Positions 50,301-58,973 of a DNA stretch of 64,000 bases are shown here, piece after piece. The notes beneath the pieces were generated by a model that ran no database searches, was not told where the DNA came from, and saw only the letters and a program-made list of their open reading frames with translations. The stretch spans positions 1 to 64,000 of IMG/VR virus record IMGVR_UViG_3300049893_002454. One strand, given 5' to 3'. The position numbers and the translations under genes are program-made. Numbering within the stretch: the first letter of the stretch is position 1; each line of letters begins with the position of its first letter. The DNA is from a virus.

Positions 50301-52033
50301 TGGATATTCTCGGTCTTGATACACTAGACGTATTGGATGAGACTAGAGAGATAGCTAATTCATTAGGCATTAACCTACCAGATCTTGGTGATCTAGAGGA
50401 CGGAGATCCTAAAGCATATAAGCTCATACATCTGGGACATACTACTGGAATGTTCCAATTAAATAACAGTATGACTCCGCTATGCAAAGCAATGCTGCCT
50501 AAGACCATATCTGATATAGCAGCTATCAGTGCTATAGGTAGACCCTCGGTAAGTAAGCAGGATAGGATAGAATTCATAAACCGTCGTTTTGGGCGCAGTC
50601 CAATAACATATGTTAATAAGTGTTTAGAGCCAGTATTTAAGCATACCTATGGCATTCCAGTGTATGAAGAGGATTTGCTTAAACTCGCTAAGATAGTTGC
50701 CGGATGGGATCTATCAGAAGCAGATGGCCTGAGAAAATTGACTAAATTAAAGGAAAAGGGGGCACATCTAGCAGCGGAGCTAGAAAAGAAATTTATTGTA
50801 GATGCAATGAGAACCTCTGACTTATCAGAAAAAGAGGCAACAGAAATCTGGACTTCAGTCGTAGCACCATTCGCCTCGTATGCATTTAACTTATCACATG
50901 CAATTATGTATAGTATGATTTCATATCAAACTGCATATTATAAAGCGCATGCAGTTGGTCCTTTTATATGTGCAAACCTTAATAATCAGACTAAGGGAAA
51001 TAAGAAGGACCGGGCTGAGATTATTGATGCATTAAAGAAGGATGCTAAGTTATTTAAAATCAATATTCAGGCATGTGATATAAATATCTCTAAAGAATAT
51101 TATACTATGAAGGATAAGAATACTATTGTTACCGGACTTGGAGCTGTGAAAGGTGTTGGCAAAGGAGGGGCCCTTAGAGCTATCATTGCCGGGCAACCAT
51201 ATGCCTCATTCCAAGACTTCTTACATCGGACGCCAGGTAATTTAGTTAATAAATCAGTAATAGCATCACTAGCTTTGGCTGGTGCCTTCGATAGCCTGGG
51301 GATATCAAGAAAATATATCTTTGAAAACTTTTTAGAAATTCGCAAGGAATTACAGGCTTATGCTAAAAAGCATGGTGAGGTGGTGACTGTTGAAATAGAA
51401 GAGGAGGTTGAGGTCCCAGATGTAGCTGACGATAACAATTTGACAGCTACTGATAGTGCATCTGATGATAGTTACGATGGCGACTTTGAGGAGCGGTCAG
51501 TTAAGACAAAAGTAGTGATCGAGAAAAAGATTAAGAGATCATTCAGATTAACCCCCGAGCTTCTTGCCGCATTCGTGCCATCTACTCATGAAAAAGCAAA
51601 TATAGAGTTTACCATAAGAGAAAAGCTCGAAGGAGAAAAGAGTACTCTTGGAGAATATCTCTCTGGTGACATATCTACCTTATATCCAGGATTTTTTATT
51701 GAAGGTAGGTATGCCCAGTCATATACTAGCTTACAAACAATGGTTAATAATATTAACTTTCCTACTGAAGGAATTATTACTTCAATAAGTGAAATTCAAA
51801 TAAAGAAAGAAGGAAAGAATAAGGGTCGATTTATGGGTAAATTGACAGTAGAAAATTTGCGCGGAGAAAGTGTAGAAGTTACTATATGGGCAGATCAATA
51901 TGAAAAATTAAAGAAGATACTTCGAGTAGGGTTGCCGATAAGAGGCATGTTTAAGGTCAACGATTACGCTGGTACTAAAACCCTCGTTTTAATAAATTTA
52001 GAATCATACTATAAAAGTTCAGGTGAGCAATGA
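47378..52033 (+). CDS. dnaE: DNA polymerase III alpha subunit, intein-containing
   Basis: LHSHT, ITDHG, DSHY, GPGRG|SVGGSLVAY, PDIDCD, THAAG, KMDILGL, YAFNLSHA, OB fold. Confidence 0.97.
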   Translation: MDNFVNLHSHTYHSHMDAIIRISDLFKRVAELGQPGIAITDHGVLAGIHEGYKEYKKYKDQGQHIKFIPGSEIYYCEDLNDPKSKRRHLVVLAQNEEGYRNLLQINAAGFNNSVTVMGRQFPRVDLNILKKHSAGLFVNSACGGSPFASAIFEKNIKRAKDLASTFRDIFGDKFYIELQPHELQRGDFNQAFLNEQLKFLADELKINMIATCDSHYLTSKHEKYHDMVLAIGAKKALEDPKRHRYATYQACLICAGTGEYPSDSKKECYQCGGSKYSSIKPCPEFYLKESSQLNKYFAQKFDSGTADALIANTVKIANECEYPDYMAPKGHRLPAFPWKDEPDAKEFESWVTDKPSLSSLPKDASYLRFRIKKAFDKYTADFSKEKKQEYWERVKKELDILEMRNFSSYMLIVADYIQWAKNNGVTVGPGRGCLTGDTKVLTANRGFTDLADIKIGDKVFSHTGEIRNVSDTMRYDVADEELLSIKTEHSCGNIVLTKDHRVYGSKSDPAHRKLIKWIAAENLSVGDYIFMPYPKRESIAVSDIILHERDSNGNSIQRQIEIDSKFAYFIGQWVGAGYYLVDDNRQRIGIRLDIRNIEEASKVHTYLKSMGFNSRLSEDSVTHSHVIVDSQPLSRMLSDLFPKYNNTDDSRYIGQFTNLPDNLLTELILGLASAIESTEINNQIDIISVNTRSKTLALELKECSLYLMVPTSILVNSIDDTYKIDFRLLYDDTIDNTGYLCKILDITTSKADYVYDITVDEDHSYVTSNYAVHNSVGGSLVAYLLNIHMADSIKYGLLFERFQNREKKSLPDIDCDFAPSGREKVIQYCRDKYGEDKVAFISNILRLTPKLVIKDVARSLVIGGDKSTAFKIANDVTASIPDLIIEGSKRIKVDTMAKAMQASEKLTKFIQEYPIVLEYANELIGVPRSFATHAAGIVISDTPLPECAPLRRDGDGIISVQYDKDQCEEIGLVKMDILGLDTLDVLDETREIANSLGINLPDLGDLEDGDPKAYKLIHLGHTTGMFQLNNSMTPLCKAMLPKTISDIAAISAIGRPSVSKQDRIEFINRRFGRSPITYVNKCLEPVFKHTYGIPVYEEDLLKLAKIVAGWDLSEADGLRKLTKLKEKGAHLAAELEKKFIVDAMRTSDLSEKEATEIWTSVVAPFASYAFNLSHAIMYSMISYQTAYYKAHAVGPFICANLNNQTKGNKKDRAEIIDALKKDAKLFKINIQACDINISKEYYTMKDKNTIVTGLGAVKGVGKGGALRAIIAGQPYASFQDFLHRTPGNLVNKSVIASLALAGAFDSLGISRKYIFENFLEIRKELQAYAKKHGEVVTVEIEEEVEVPDVADDNNLTATDSASDDSYDGDFEERSVKTKVVIEKKIKRSFRLTPELLAAFVPSTHEKANIEFTIREKLEGEKSTLGEYLSGDISTLYPGFFIEGRYAQSYTSLQTMVNNINFPTEGIITSISEIQIKKEGKNKGRFMGKLTVENLRGESVEVTIWADQYEKLKKILRVGLPIRGMFKVNDYAGTKTLVLINLESYYKSSGEQ
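48674..49699 (+). mobile_element. Class 1 intein (342 aa) in DnaE
   Basis: CLTGDT start, LTKDH block B, VYDITV..DHSY...VHN end followed by Ser; interrupts the GRGS motif. Confidence 0.93.
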
Positions 52034-52650
52034 AATGCAATAATTGTCAAACGGCCATACCCCCTTCATTTACTAAAGCATTACAGGATAATGCTTGCCC
52101 TGCGTGCGGCAAAGCGATTATGTCCTCAGCTTTAAATGCTGAATTCTCCTCAATTAAAGAAAAGCTTGCAGATGCAGATGTAGATGAGCAAACATTAGTT
52201 AAAGTTGCGGCTATTATTGCTGGCAAATATGATCTTGTACCTAGAGGGCGGGGCCAGGTCCAAACGACACAGCTAAGCAATCGCGCCACTGCAAAGACTC
52301 GTATGCAGCTGCAAGACGAAGAGATAGAGCGAGAGCTGATGCTTGAGTATCCACAGCTCCAAAATATGCCAGAAAACGAACGAAAGCAAGAAATTTTACT
52401 ATTACGTGCTGAGGCTGAGCGAGAATTTGGATTATCAAAAGGAGATGTTGCGGCAGCTAAAGCAGCCAAAGGATCTGCTGATATTACTCAGTTAAACGAC
52501 ATTGTTCAAAATTTATTGCCTCCAGAGCTACCTAGTGGCCTTGATTTAGATAGTAACGCGACCGATGCAATGACCGCACAAAGAATGGCTAAGCTAGCTG
52601 CTCTAAGAGAAAATCCCAATGTTAATCGATTCAGACGGAGTGATGGATAA
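52030..52650 (+). CDS. Hypothetical Zn-ribbon protein
   Basis: CNNC...CPACG. Confidence 0.65.
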   Translation: MKCNNCQTAIPPSFTKALQDNACPACGKAIMSSALNAEFSSIKEKLADADVDEQTLVKVAAIIAGKYDLVPRGRGQVQTTQLSNRATAKTRMQLQDEEIERELMLEYPQLQNMPENERKQEILLLRAEAEREFGLSKGDVAAAKAAKGSADITQLNDIVQNLLPPELPSGLDLDSNATDAMTAQRMAKLAALRENPNVNRFRRSDG

Positions 52651-52704
52651 TACTAGCACGTCTACGAGCACTTGCATTAATATATAACTTACTACGGAGA
52701 GTGT

Positions 52705-53253
52705 ATGACAGACGATAGGGCCACCGAAGTTTCTGGTTTGAATTCTAAGGCAGAGTTGATAGAGATGTCGATTAGACACGACCACTCGCTGCCTGATGGT
52801 GGAGATATGTTGATAACGCGTATATTTGCAATTTCGCGAGAGGTGCCTCAAAATATCCATGATCTTGATGCCCCATATGCAGAGTACTTGGCAGGCGCAA
52901 TGCTTAAAGGAATGGCAATGTGCGGGGAGCTATACTCTCTTTCTATAAGCTACGAGCTACGCTGCGAGGCTGCCAAGAAGGCTGCGTTTAGTAGAGCAAT
53001 GATGGTAAAGGCATCGGAGGCTGGATTTAAATCAGCTAAAGATCGTGAACAATATGCCTTTGCAGACCTAGAGTTTATTGAAGCACAGCATAAATGCATT
53101 GAAGCAAAGATGTTTAAGACTATGATAGAAGAGAAAAAACAACTTTTTCTTAAGGCTCACCACCTTATGAAAGATGTCGTATCGAAAGATACTGACTTAC
53201 CAGAGAAAAGCCCCCATGTTCGCAAGGATGAATGGGGCAGAAGAATAGTTTAA
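52705..53253 (+). CDS. Helical protein, possible UvsY-like recombination mediator
   Basis: GFKSAKDREQYAFAD..F pattern; adjacent to SSB (weak). Confidence 0.35.
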   Translation: MTDDRATEVSGLNSKAELIEMSIRHDHSLPDGGDMLITRIFAISREVPQNIHDLDAPYAEYLAGAMLKGMAMCGELYSLSISYELRCEAAKKAAFSRAMMVKASEAGFKSAKDREQYAFADLEFIEAQHKCIEAKMFKTMIEEKKQLFLKAHHLMKDVVSKDTDLPEKSPHVRKDEWGRRIV

Positions 53254-53257
53254 TAAT

Positions 53258-53282
53258 TAAAACTTACACATAAAACTTACAC
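53258..53282 (+). promoter_or_regulatory. Tandem 12-bp direct repeat TAAAACTTACAC in the SSB leader
   Basis: Copies at 53258..53269 and 53271..53282, just before the GGAG SD. Confidence 0.45.
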
Positions 53283-53297
53283 TATGGAGAAAACATT

Positions 53298-53984
53298 ATG
53301 ACACAACCAGCATTCGGCAAACTAAATTCTTGGCTACCAGATGGAGGGGATTCTTCCGGAGCCCCATTTGATAAGGATGACTTCCTTAATATGAAAGAGG
53401 ATGGTAGATATCTTCTTCGTATAGTTCAGGATGCACCGTGTATATTTGCAATACATTGGGCTACTGATGTTCAAGGTCGTCCACGTAGAGTGAACTGCGC
53501 ACTTAATGATTGCCCTCTCTGTCTTGAAGGCAATAAGGCTCAGCCCAAGTTTATCATTGCAGCAATCAATCGAGAGCGCGGCCGAGTGCAATTAGTGGAA
53601 TTTGGCAAGCAAGTATATAGCCAAATTGTAAATCTACGACAAGATAAGGACTGGGGCGATCCACGCAATTATGATATTAAGATAGACAAGGATCGTGGTC
53701 GCGGCATATCACACACTTATATTGTCACTGCAGTTCCTCGTAATATTGGCCCGATCAATCAGGAAGAGAGCCTGATGGCTAAGGATTTCCTGGGACGAGT
53801 TAATGCAGAGAAATTCGCGCAGCCATCTAAAGTTGCTGAGATATTGCGTAAATTAGGCCGTTCAGAAGCTGATGCTCCTAATCCTGCGGCAGCATTTACA
53901 AGCGTAGGTGGTAGTGGCAGCGGCTCTCTTGCGGCCAAAACTGCTGCTAACATTGCAGAGGATGATGATTTTGACTTTCAATGA
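53298..53984 (+). CDS. T4 gp32-like single-stranded DNA-binding protein
   Basis: HW...C....CPLC Zn ligands, GDPRNYDIKI, acidic-aromatic tail EDDDFDFQ. Confidence 0.75.
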   Translation: MTQPAFGKLNSWLPDGGDSSGAPFDKDDFLNMKEDGRYLLRIVQDAPCIFAIHWATDVQGRPRRVNCALNDCPLCLEGNKAQPKFIIAAINRERGRVQLVEFGKQVYSQIVNLRQDKDWGDPRNYDIKIDKDRGRGISHTYIVTAVPRNIGPINQEESLMAKDFLGRVNAEKFAQPSKVAEILRKLGRSEADAPNPAAAFTSVGGSGSGSLAAKTAANIAEDDDFDFQ

Positions 53985-54000
53985 ATAAATAATTGATATT

Positions 54001-54037
54001 ACATAGGGGCCTGAATTATGGCCCCTATGTTTGTATT
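54001..54037 (+). terminator. Rho-independent terminator after SSB
   Basis: 11-bp perfect stem ACATAGGGGCC/GGCCCCTATGT then TTGTATT. Confidence 0.75.
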
Positions 54038-54049
54038 CACGGAGGTACA

Positions 54050-54805
54050 TTGTCATTATCTATCCGCAATACTATATTGAATCTGAAAAATAGATGGAAT
54101 TTCTTTATAGCAGATAAGTATCTTAGAACATTAGGCTTCACTGATCTTTCTGCCGATTTGCATGATAAAAGCATACTATTTACATTTGACCAAGATCGTG
54201 TAGCCATACTTAATATGGATTATGATATGCTGGGCTATAGTATAGAAGCTACTGTTGTTTTACCGGCGCACATTCTTAGCCTAAAGACCATGTCAGATCT
54301 CTGTAATATAATTTTCACATACTGTTGTGCGGGCTCAGGGATAAGGCCTGCTGGAGATGACAGTATCCGCCTAAATGTCTCATATCATATAGGAGAGACG
54401 CTAAGTCTAGGTGGTATAAAACTAGGTATACAATATCTGTGTAAATGTCTAGCTACACTAGAGTTATATCTAGTCCAGCGCAATAAGAATATAGATAAGG
54501 AGATTTATGATCTATCTATGTTCGAGCACATTGATCTGACCGGATTCAATCCCCAAGATATGGGAGAGCAGAAAGAATTTATTTTTGGCTCATGGGAAGC
54601 GTACTCAAAGTCAGTACGTACAGAGTATGATGACTTCCCGAATCATCCATATGCGGTTGATGTATTATCTAAAATTAGTGCTTGTCAAATTTTTGAAGAA
54701 AAGAATGGGATACCAATATCTGAAATAGGCACTTGGTTAGTAGACGATATTATCCTTTATCGGCAAATGATAGAGACTTCTAAAACATCATTTGGGATAA
54801 ATTAA
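54050..54805 (+). CDS. Hypothetical protein
   Basis: GGAGG SD then TTG at 54050, downstream of the terminator. Confidence 0.6.
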   Translation: MSLSIRNTILNLKNRWNFFIADKYLRTLGFTDLSADLHDKSILFTFDQDRVAILNMDYDMLGYSIEATVVLPAHILSLKTMSDLCNIIFTYCCAGSGIRPAGDDSIRLNVSYHIGETLSLGGIKLGIQYLCKCLATLELYLVQRNKNIDKEIYDLSMFEHIDLTGFNPQDMGEQKEFIFGSWEAYSKSVRTEYDDFPNHPYAVDVLSKISACQIFEEKNGIPISEIGTWLVDDIILYRQMIETSKTSFGIN

Positions 54806-54815
54806 CGACGATAGG

Positions 54816-55490
54816 ATGTATATATTTGCCATGACTACAGTTCTGGCACTAGATATATCTTCCGCCTCTACAGGTATTTGTGTATATAAAGACGGCGATA
54901 TATTATACAATGAGGCAGTGCGCTTAAAGCAAAAGTCTCATGCTGAGCGCCTATTGATATTTGAGGTCGCACTTAAAGCAATTATCTCAACATATAATCC
55001 AGATATAATTGCTATAGAGGATTGCTGGCAGGGTTCAAACAGAAAGACATTTAAAGTACTCGCGCTCTACCATGGAGTAGCATACAAAATATGCTATGAG
55101 ACTACTCGCAAAGAGCCGTTTGTCATAATGCCATCTGAGGTGCGTAAATGTATAGGTCACTATGCAAAAGTAGAGCTAATCTCCTCTAAGAAGAGAGGTC
55201 TGCGTAGAGGTGATGGCTCAGATAGTAAGAAGCTTACATATGATTTCATTGTAAAGCTTTTTTCATTAAAAGAATATACATTTGAAAACAACAATGATCA
55301 AACAGATGCTATAGCAGTTGCGCTAGCATATAGCTTGGTGAGTGGAAATGAACAGACAAGAAGCATATTCGATACTGGGGCTGAAACCGGGAGCAGCGGA
55401 AGAGGACGTAAAAAAGGCGTACCGAAATCTAGCATTTCAGCATCACCCGGACCGAAACCCCGGAAACAAAGAGTCAGAAGAAAAGTTTAA
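54816..55490 (+). CDS. ruvC: RuvC-like Holliday junction resolvase
   Basis: [31 protein letters not shown]. Confidence 0.85.
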   Translation: MYIFAMTTVLALDISSASTGICVYKDGDILYNEAVRLKQKSHAERLLIFEVALKAIISTYNPDIIAIEDCWQGSNRKTFKVLALYHGVAYKICYETTRKEPFVIMPSEVRKCIGHYAKVELISSKKRGLRRGDGSDSKKLTYDFIVKLFSLKEYTFENNNDQTDAIAVALAYSLVSGNEQTRSIFDTGAETGSSGRGRKKGVPKSSISASPGPKPRKQRVRRKV

Positions 55491-56352
55491 GAAGATATCA
55501 GCAGCATACCAGGAGATTACAAACCCTGATACTGTCAACTATGAACATCACCATGGTCAACAGTCAGGGAGCTCATTTATAAATGATCTCTTTAATAGCG
55601 ATTTCTTTGGCAATATATTTGGGAGACAAGGAAATCGTAATCAACATAGCAGCAATAGTCCTGGAGAAGATCATACTATCGTACTAAATCTCTCTTTCAA
55701 AGAAGCTTGTTTGGGCGGAGATAAGCAGATCGAGTTCACTGCTCCAGAAGTATGCAATGAGTGTAATGGAGCAGGCGGTGCAGCAGAAGATCGAATAACC
55801 TGCAGTGACTGTAATGGTCTGGGAGTAATAGACCGTGGTTCAAATGGACATGTTGTATTTAGAGTTACCTGTACGAAGTGCGCCGGGCGTGGTGCGAGCT
55901 TTAATAAGCTTTGTGCGAAGTGCCACGGGCAAGGAAAAATGCGGGTCGATAAATCATGCAATGTTCACATACCTCCGGGCATACAGGCAGGCATGACACT
56001 GCGTCTAGCTGGAATGGGCGGAAAGTCCCTGTCTGGCGGCAGGAGTGGTAATTTATTTATCAAAATTAACGTGGAGCCACATCCAACAATGTGGAGAGAG
56101 GGCAATGATATTTTATCTATCGCCTCAATTAGTCTAAAGTCAGCGCTACTGGGTTGCGAATTAGAGGTTGAAACCCTACACGGCGTATATTCAATGAAAA
56201 TACCTCCATGTACCAAGCCAGGGCAAAAGCTAGCCATAAGAGACAAGGGCATACATGGTAATACTATTGGCAGTCACATAGCAGTATGCAATGTCGAATT
56301 TCCAGAATCATTAACACAAGAACAACAAGAGCAGCTTAAAAATATTCTATAG
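55348..56352 (+). CDS. dnaJ: DnaJ chaperone
   Basis: J-domain HPDRNP; four CxxCxGxG repeats; C-terminal domain. Confidence 0.95.
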   Translation: MNRQEAYSILGLKPGAAEEDVKKAYRNLAFQHHPDRNPGNKESEEKFKKISAAYQEITNPDTVNYEHHHGQQSGSSFINDLFNSDFFGNIFGRQGNRNQHSSNSPGEDHTIVLNLSFKEACLGGDKQIEFTAPEVCNECNGAGGAAEDRITCSDCNGLGVIDRGSNGHVVFRVTCTKCAGRGASFNKLCAKCHGQGKMRVDKSCNVHIPPGIQAGMTLRLAGMGGKSLSGGRSGNLFIKINVEPHPTMWREGNDILSIASISLKSALLGCELEVETLHGVYSMKIPPCTKPGQKLAIRDKGIHGNTIGSHIAVCNVEFPESLTQEQQEQLKNIL

Positions 56353-56363
56353 GAGCAATCTAT

Positions 56364-57515
56364 ATGGCGAAACCTACTAAGACAGAGACACCAGCAGCAG
56401 ACACTAACTTTGATGATATTTGGAAAGAATTAAACAAAAGTCATGGGGGCCATGCATTCTTTGATGGGGACGATGAGGACAGATTTGACTGGGAAGTTAT
56501 AGATTATCCGTGTGTGTCTTTGGGCGACGCAACGCATCATTGGGGGCTTCCTCTCGGCAGAGTAACTCAATTCCATGGTATAGAAAATTCTGGTAAAACG
56601 TTTATGGCCATGATTATGGTTAGGGAGACACTGAAGAAGTATCCTAATGCTTGGGTAGTGTGGGTAGATGCGGAAAGTTCATTTGATCGTGAGTGGGCCG
56701 CAAATCTAGGTATAGACTTGACAAGAGTGAAGATTATTGAGGATAATGAAGGCGCAGAAATCTTCAACCGACTATGCGGCAAATTCACTTCTACTGGAAA
56801 GAAGATTCCCGGTATCTTAGACATGGCTGTTGATAAGAAGATAGACATCAAATTAATTGTACTGGACAGCATCGCCGCTCTAGTAGCTCCGGCCGAAGAG
56901 GGTAGAAACTTTAATGAAATGGAAATGGGGGCCCTCCCTAAATTCCTAAAGAGGGCCTTTACACGATTGCGTCCAATGCTTAAAAGAGCAGAAACTGCAT
57001 TTATTGCTATTAATCAAGCACGCGAAATACTCACCTTTGGAGCGCAGGGTATTTCATATCCGGGCGGAAAGACTTGGAGGCATTCTATGGACTTTGCCAT
57101 CAAGATGCATCCCAGCAGTGCTGCTGACGGCAAATTAGAAGATGATCATGGCAAGATCGGACATAAGATAATTGCTACTGTAGAGAAGTGTCGGGGCGGA
57201 GTGAACTTATATCAGGCGGAGTTCTGGTTTGATTTTCGCAAGGGTGTTGTAAGGCAGGGTGAGGAGCTCGGAACATTGGCTGCTGCATATGGGGTAGTTG
57301 AAAGGCCGAATCTTGTAACCTGGGCATATAACGGACAATCCTTTAAAGGAAAGGAGGCATTCTTTGGATTTCTAGAGGAGCATCCTGCCGTGTATACCGA
57401 AATTATGGACAAGATTAAAATTGCAAAGCGTAATCACATTCGCCGGTCACTAACTCTTTCCGATGAAGGCGAGACCGTCGCCGCTGCAACCGATAATTTT
57501 TTTGCTAAGGATTGA
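56364..57515 (+). CDS. recA: RecA recombinase
   Basis: GLPLGRV, GIENSGKT, VDAE, VLDSIAAL, INQ.RE, PGG. Confidence 0.93.
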   Translation: MAKPTKTETPAADTNFDDIWKELNKSHGGHAFFDGDDEDRFDWEVIDYPCVSLGDATHHWGLPLGRVTQFHGIENSGKTFMAMIMVRETLKKYPNAWVVWVDAESSFDREWAANLGIDLTRVKIIEDNEGAEIFNRLCGKFTSTGKKIPGILDMAVDKKIDIKLIVLDSIAALVAPAEEGRNFNEMEMGALPKFLKRAFTRLRPMLKRAETAFIAINQAREILTFGAQGISYPGGKTWRHSMDFAIKMHPSSAADGKLEDDHGKIGHKIIATVEKCRGGVNLYQAEFWFDFRKGVVRQGEELGTLAAAYGVVERPNLVTWAYNGQSFKGKEAFFGFLEEHPAVYTEIMDKIKIAKRNHIRRSLTLSDEGETVAAATDNFFAKD

Positions 57516-58412
57516 GGAGAGCTAGTATATGACTTTTGAAATCATGAAGGGCTGGAGCCCAAAATTTTCATCTATAGAATTTGCTGGCCGCAGTGTATCG
57601 GAAATAGACCGTGTAATTTCACGACGCGTACGTGGGCGCCTTGTGGGTATTAAAATATGTCAATCATATGAAGATATCATCCGTACATTGCCTAAATTTC
57701 TTGAAAAGGTGGCCTCCAAATTAGGCTGCAGCACATCAGATATAAGCGCGGAGAGTTTATCTTTTGCCACATCAACTTTATATATAAAGCTGAATTTAAA
57801 GGCATGGAAATCAGCTCTCCGTTCTGATGCTACTAAGGCTTGGGAAGTAGCTCGAAAGAGAGAGCTTGCAGTGATTAAGAAACAGAAGCTCCTTAAGACT
57901 AGGATGGTTACCATGAGAAAGCTCAAATACGCTCGTTCACGTGCAACCGATAATTTTTTTGCTAAGGATTGAGGAGAGCTAGTATATGACTTTTGAAATC
58001 ATGAAGGGCTGGCGCCCCAGATTTTCATCTCGGGACTTTTTTGGCCGCAGTGTATCGGAAATAGACCGTGTAATTTCACGATGCGTACGTGGGCGACTGG
58101 TGGGCATTAAACTACATGACCCATATGAAGGCGATAGTCGCATGTTATCAAAGCTTCTCGAAAAGATAGCTTCTCAACTAGGCTGTAGTCCATCAGACGT
58201 AAGTGCGCATAGCCTATACTTTACTAAATCAATATTATATATATCGCTGAGTTTAGAGGCATATAAAACACTTTGCCGCTCTGATGCTACTAAGGCTTGG
58301 GAAATATCTCACAGGAGAGTAATTGCAGAGACTGAGAGAAAGAAACTTCTTAATGATAGGGAGCATGCCATGAAAAAGCTCGATCCTCGCGAAAATACGC
58401 TCGTTCACGTGC
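57485..58412 (+). repeat. Tandem duplication (457/468-bp units) starting in the recA 3' end
   Basis: 71-bp identity between 57485..57555 and 57942..58012; 20-bp identity between 57925..57944 and 58393..58412. Confidence 0.92.
57529..57972 (+). CDS. Hypothetical protein, truncated paralog ending in the RecA C-terminal peptide
   Basis: MTFEIMKGW start shared with 57986; ends in ATDNFFAKD like RecA. Confidence 0.65.
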   Translation: MTFEIMKGWSPKFSSIEFAGRSVSEIDRVISRRVRGRLVGIKICQSYEDIIRTLPKFLEKVASKLGCSTSDISAESLSFATSTLYIKLNLKAWKSALRSDATKAWEVARKRELAVIKKQKLLKTRMVTMRKLKYARSRATDNFFAKD

Positions 58413-58585
58413 GCCTGAACTATAAAGGAAACATGGAAGCTCATGTTATAGGTGATTTTCCAAACCACACTCTAATAAAGTTGCCGAAAAAGTTTTATAT
58501 TAGTGGCGCATATTATACATCAGAGTGGATATTAGATAAGAACACGTACTGGCTTCCAAAAGGCAAACTTACTAGAGTAGCCTAA
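57986..58585 (+). CDS. Hypothetical protein, full-length paralog
   Basis: GAGGAG SD; homologous to 57529..57972. Confidence 0.7.
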   Translation: MTFEIMKGWRPRFSSRDFFGRSVSEIDRVISRCVRGRLVGIKLHDPYEGDSRMLSKLLEKIASQLGCSPSDVSAHSLYFTKSILYISLSLEAYKTLCRSDATKAWEISHRRVIAETERKKLLNDREHAMKKLDPRENTLVHVRLNYKGNMEAHVIGDFPNHTLIKLPKKFYISGAYYTSEWILDKNTYWLPKGKLTRVA

Positions 58586-58607
58586 AATATATGTATTAGG
58601 AGAATCA

Positions 58608-58973
58608 ATGTTAATTCAATGTACCCATAAGGGATGTTATGCACAGGATCACCATCTATTAGATATAGGTTCTGATGAGGTTACCTGCAATAACTGCGGA
58701 AACGCAATCAATTTACCACCAACCACTAAGAAGGCGCTGGTTACCATGAATCAGATACGTAAGACCCCGAAATCCGGACTTACGTTCAAGTGCAAGAGCT
58801 GCGGTCATAATAGCAAGCCGTTATTGAAGACCCTTTCAGGCGGCGTAACAATCGCTACTTGCCGCAAATGTGACAAGCAGATAGATATGCATCCATCATT
58901 TATCTTAGCTATGCGCGAAATGGGGGCAGATTATTTATCCAATGCGCCAGACGCAGAGGAAGGTGATGGTTGA
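58608..58973 (+). CDS. Multi-Zn-ribbon protein
   Basis: CTHKGC, CNNC, CKSC, CRKC; AGGAG SD. Confidence 0.7.
   Translation: MLIQCTHKGCYAQDHHLLDIGSDEVTCNNCGNAINLPPTTKKALVTMNQIRKTPKSGLTFKCKSCGHNSKPLLKTLSGGVTIATCRKCDKQIDMHPSFILAMREMGADYLSNAPDAEEGDG

Noticed and set aside
53993-54049. Upstream start of the 270-aa ORF
   Set aside because: It overlaps the terminator hairpin; GGAGG followed by TTG at 54050 is a better start.
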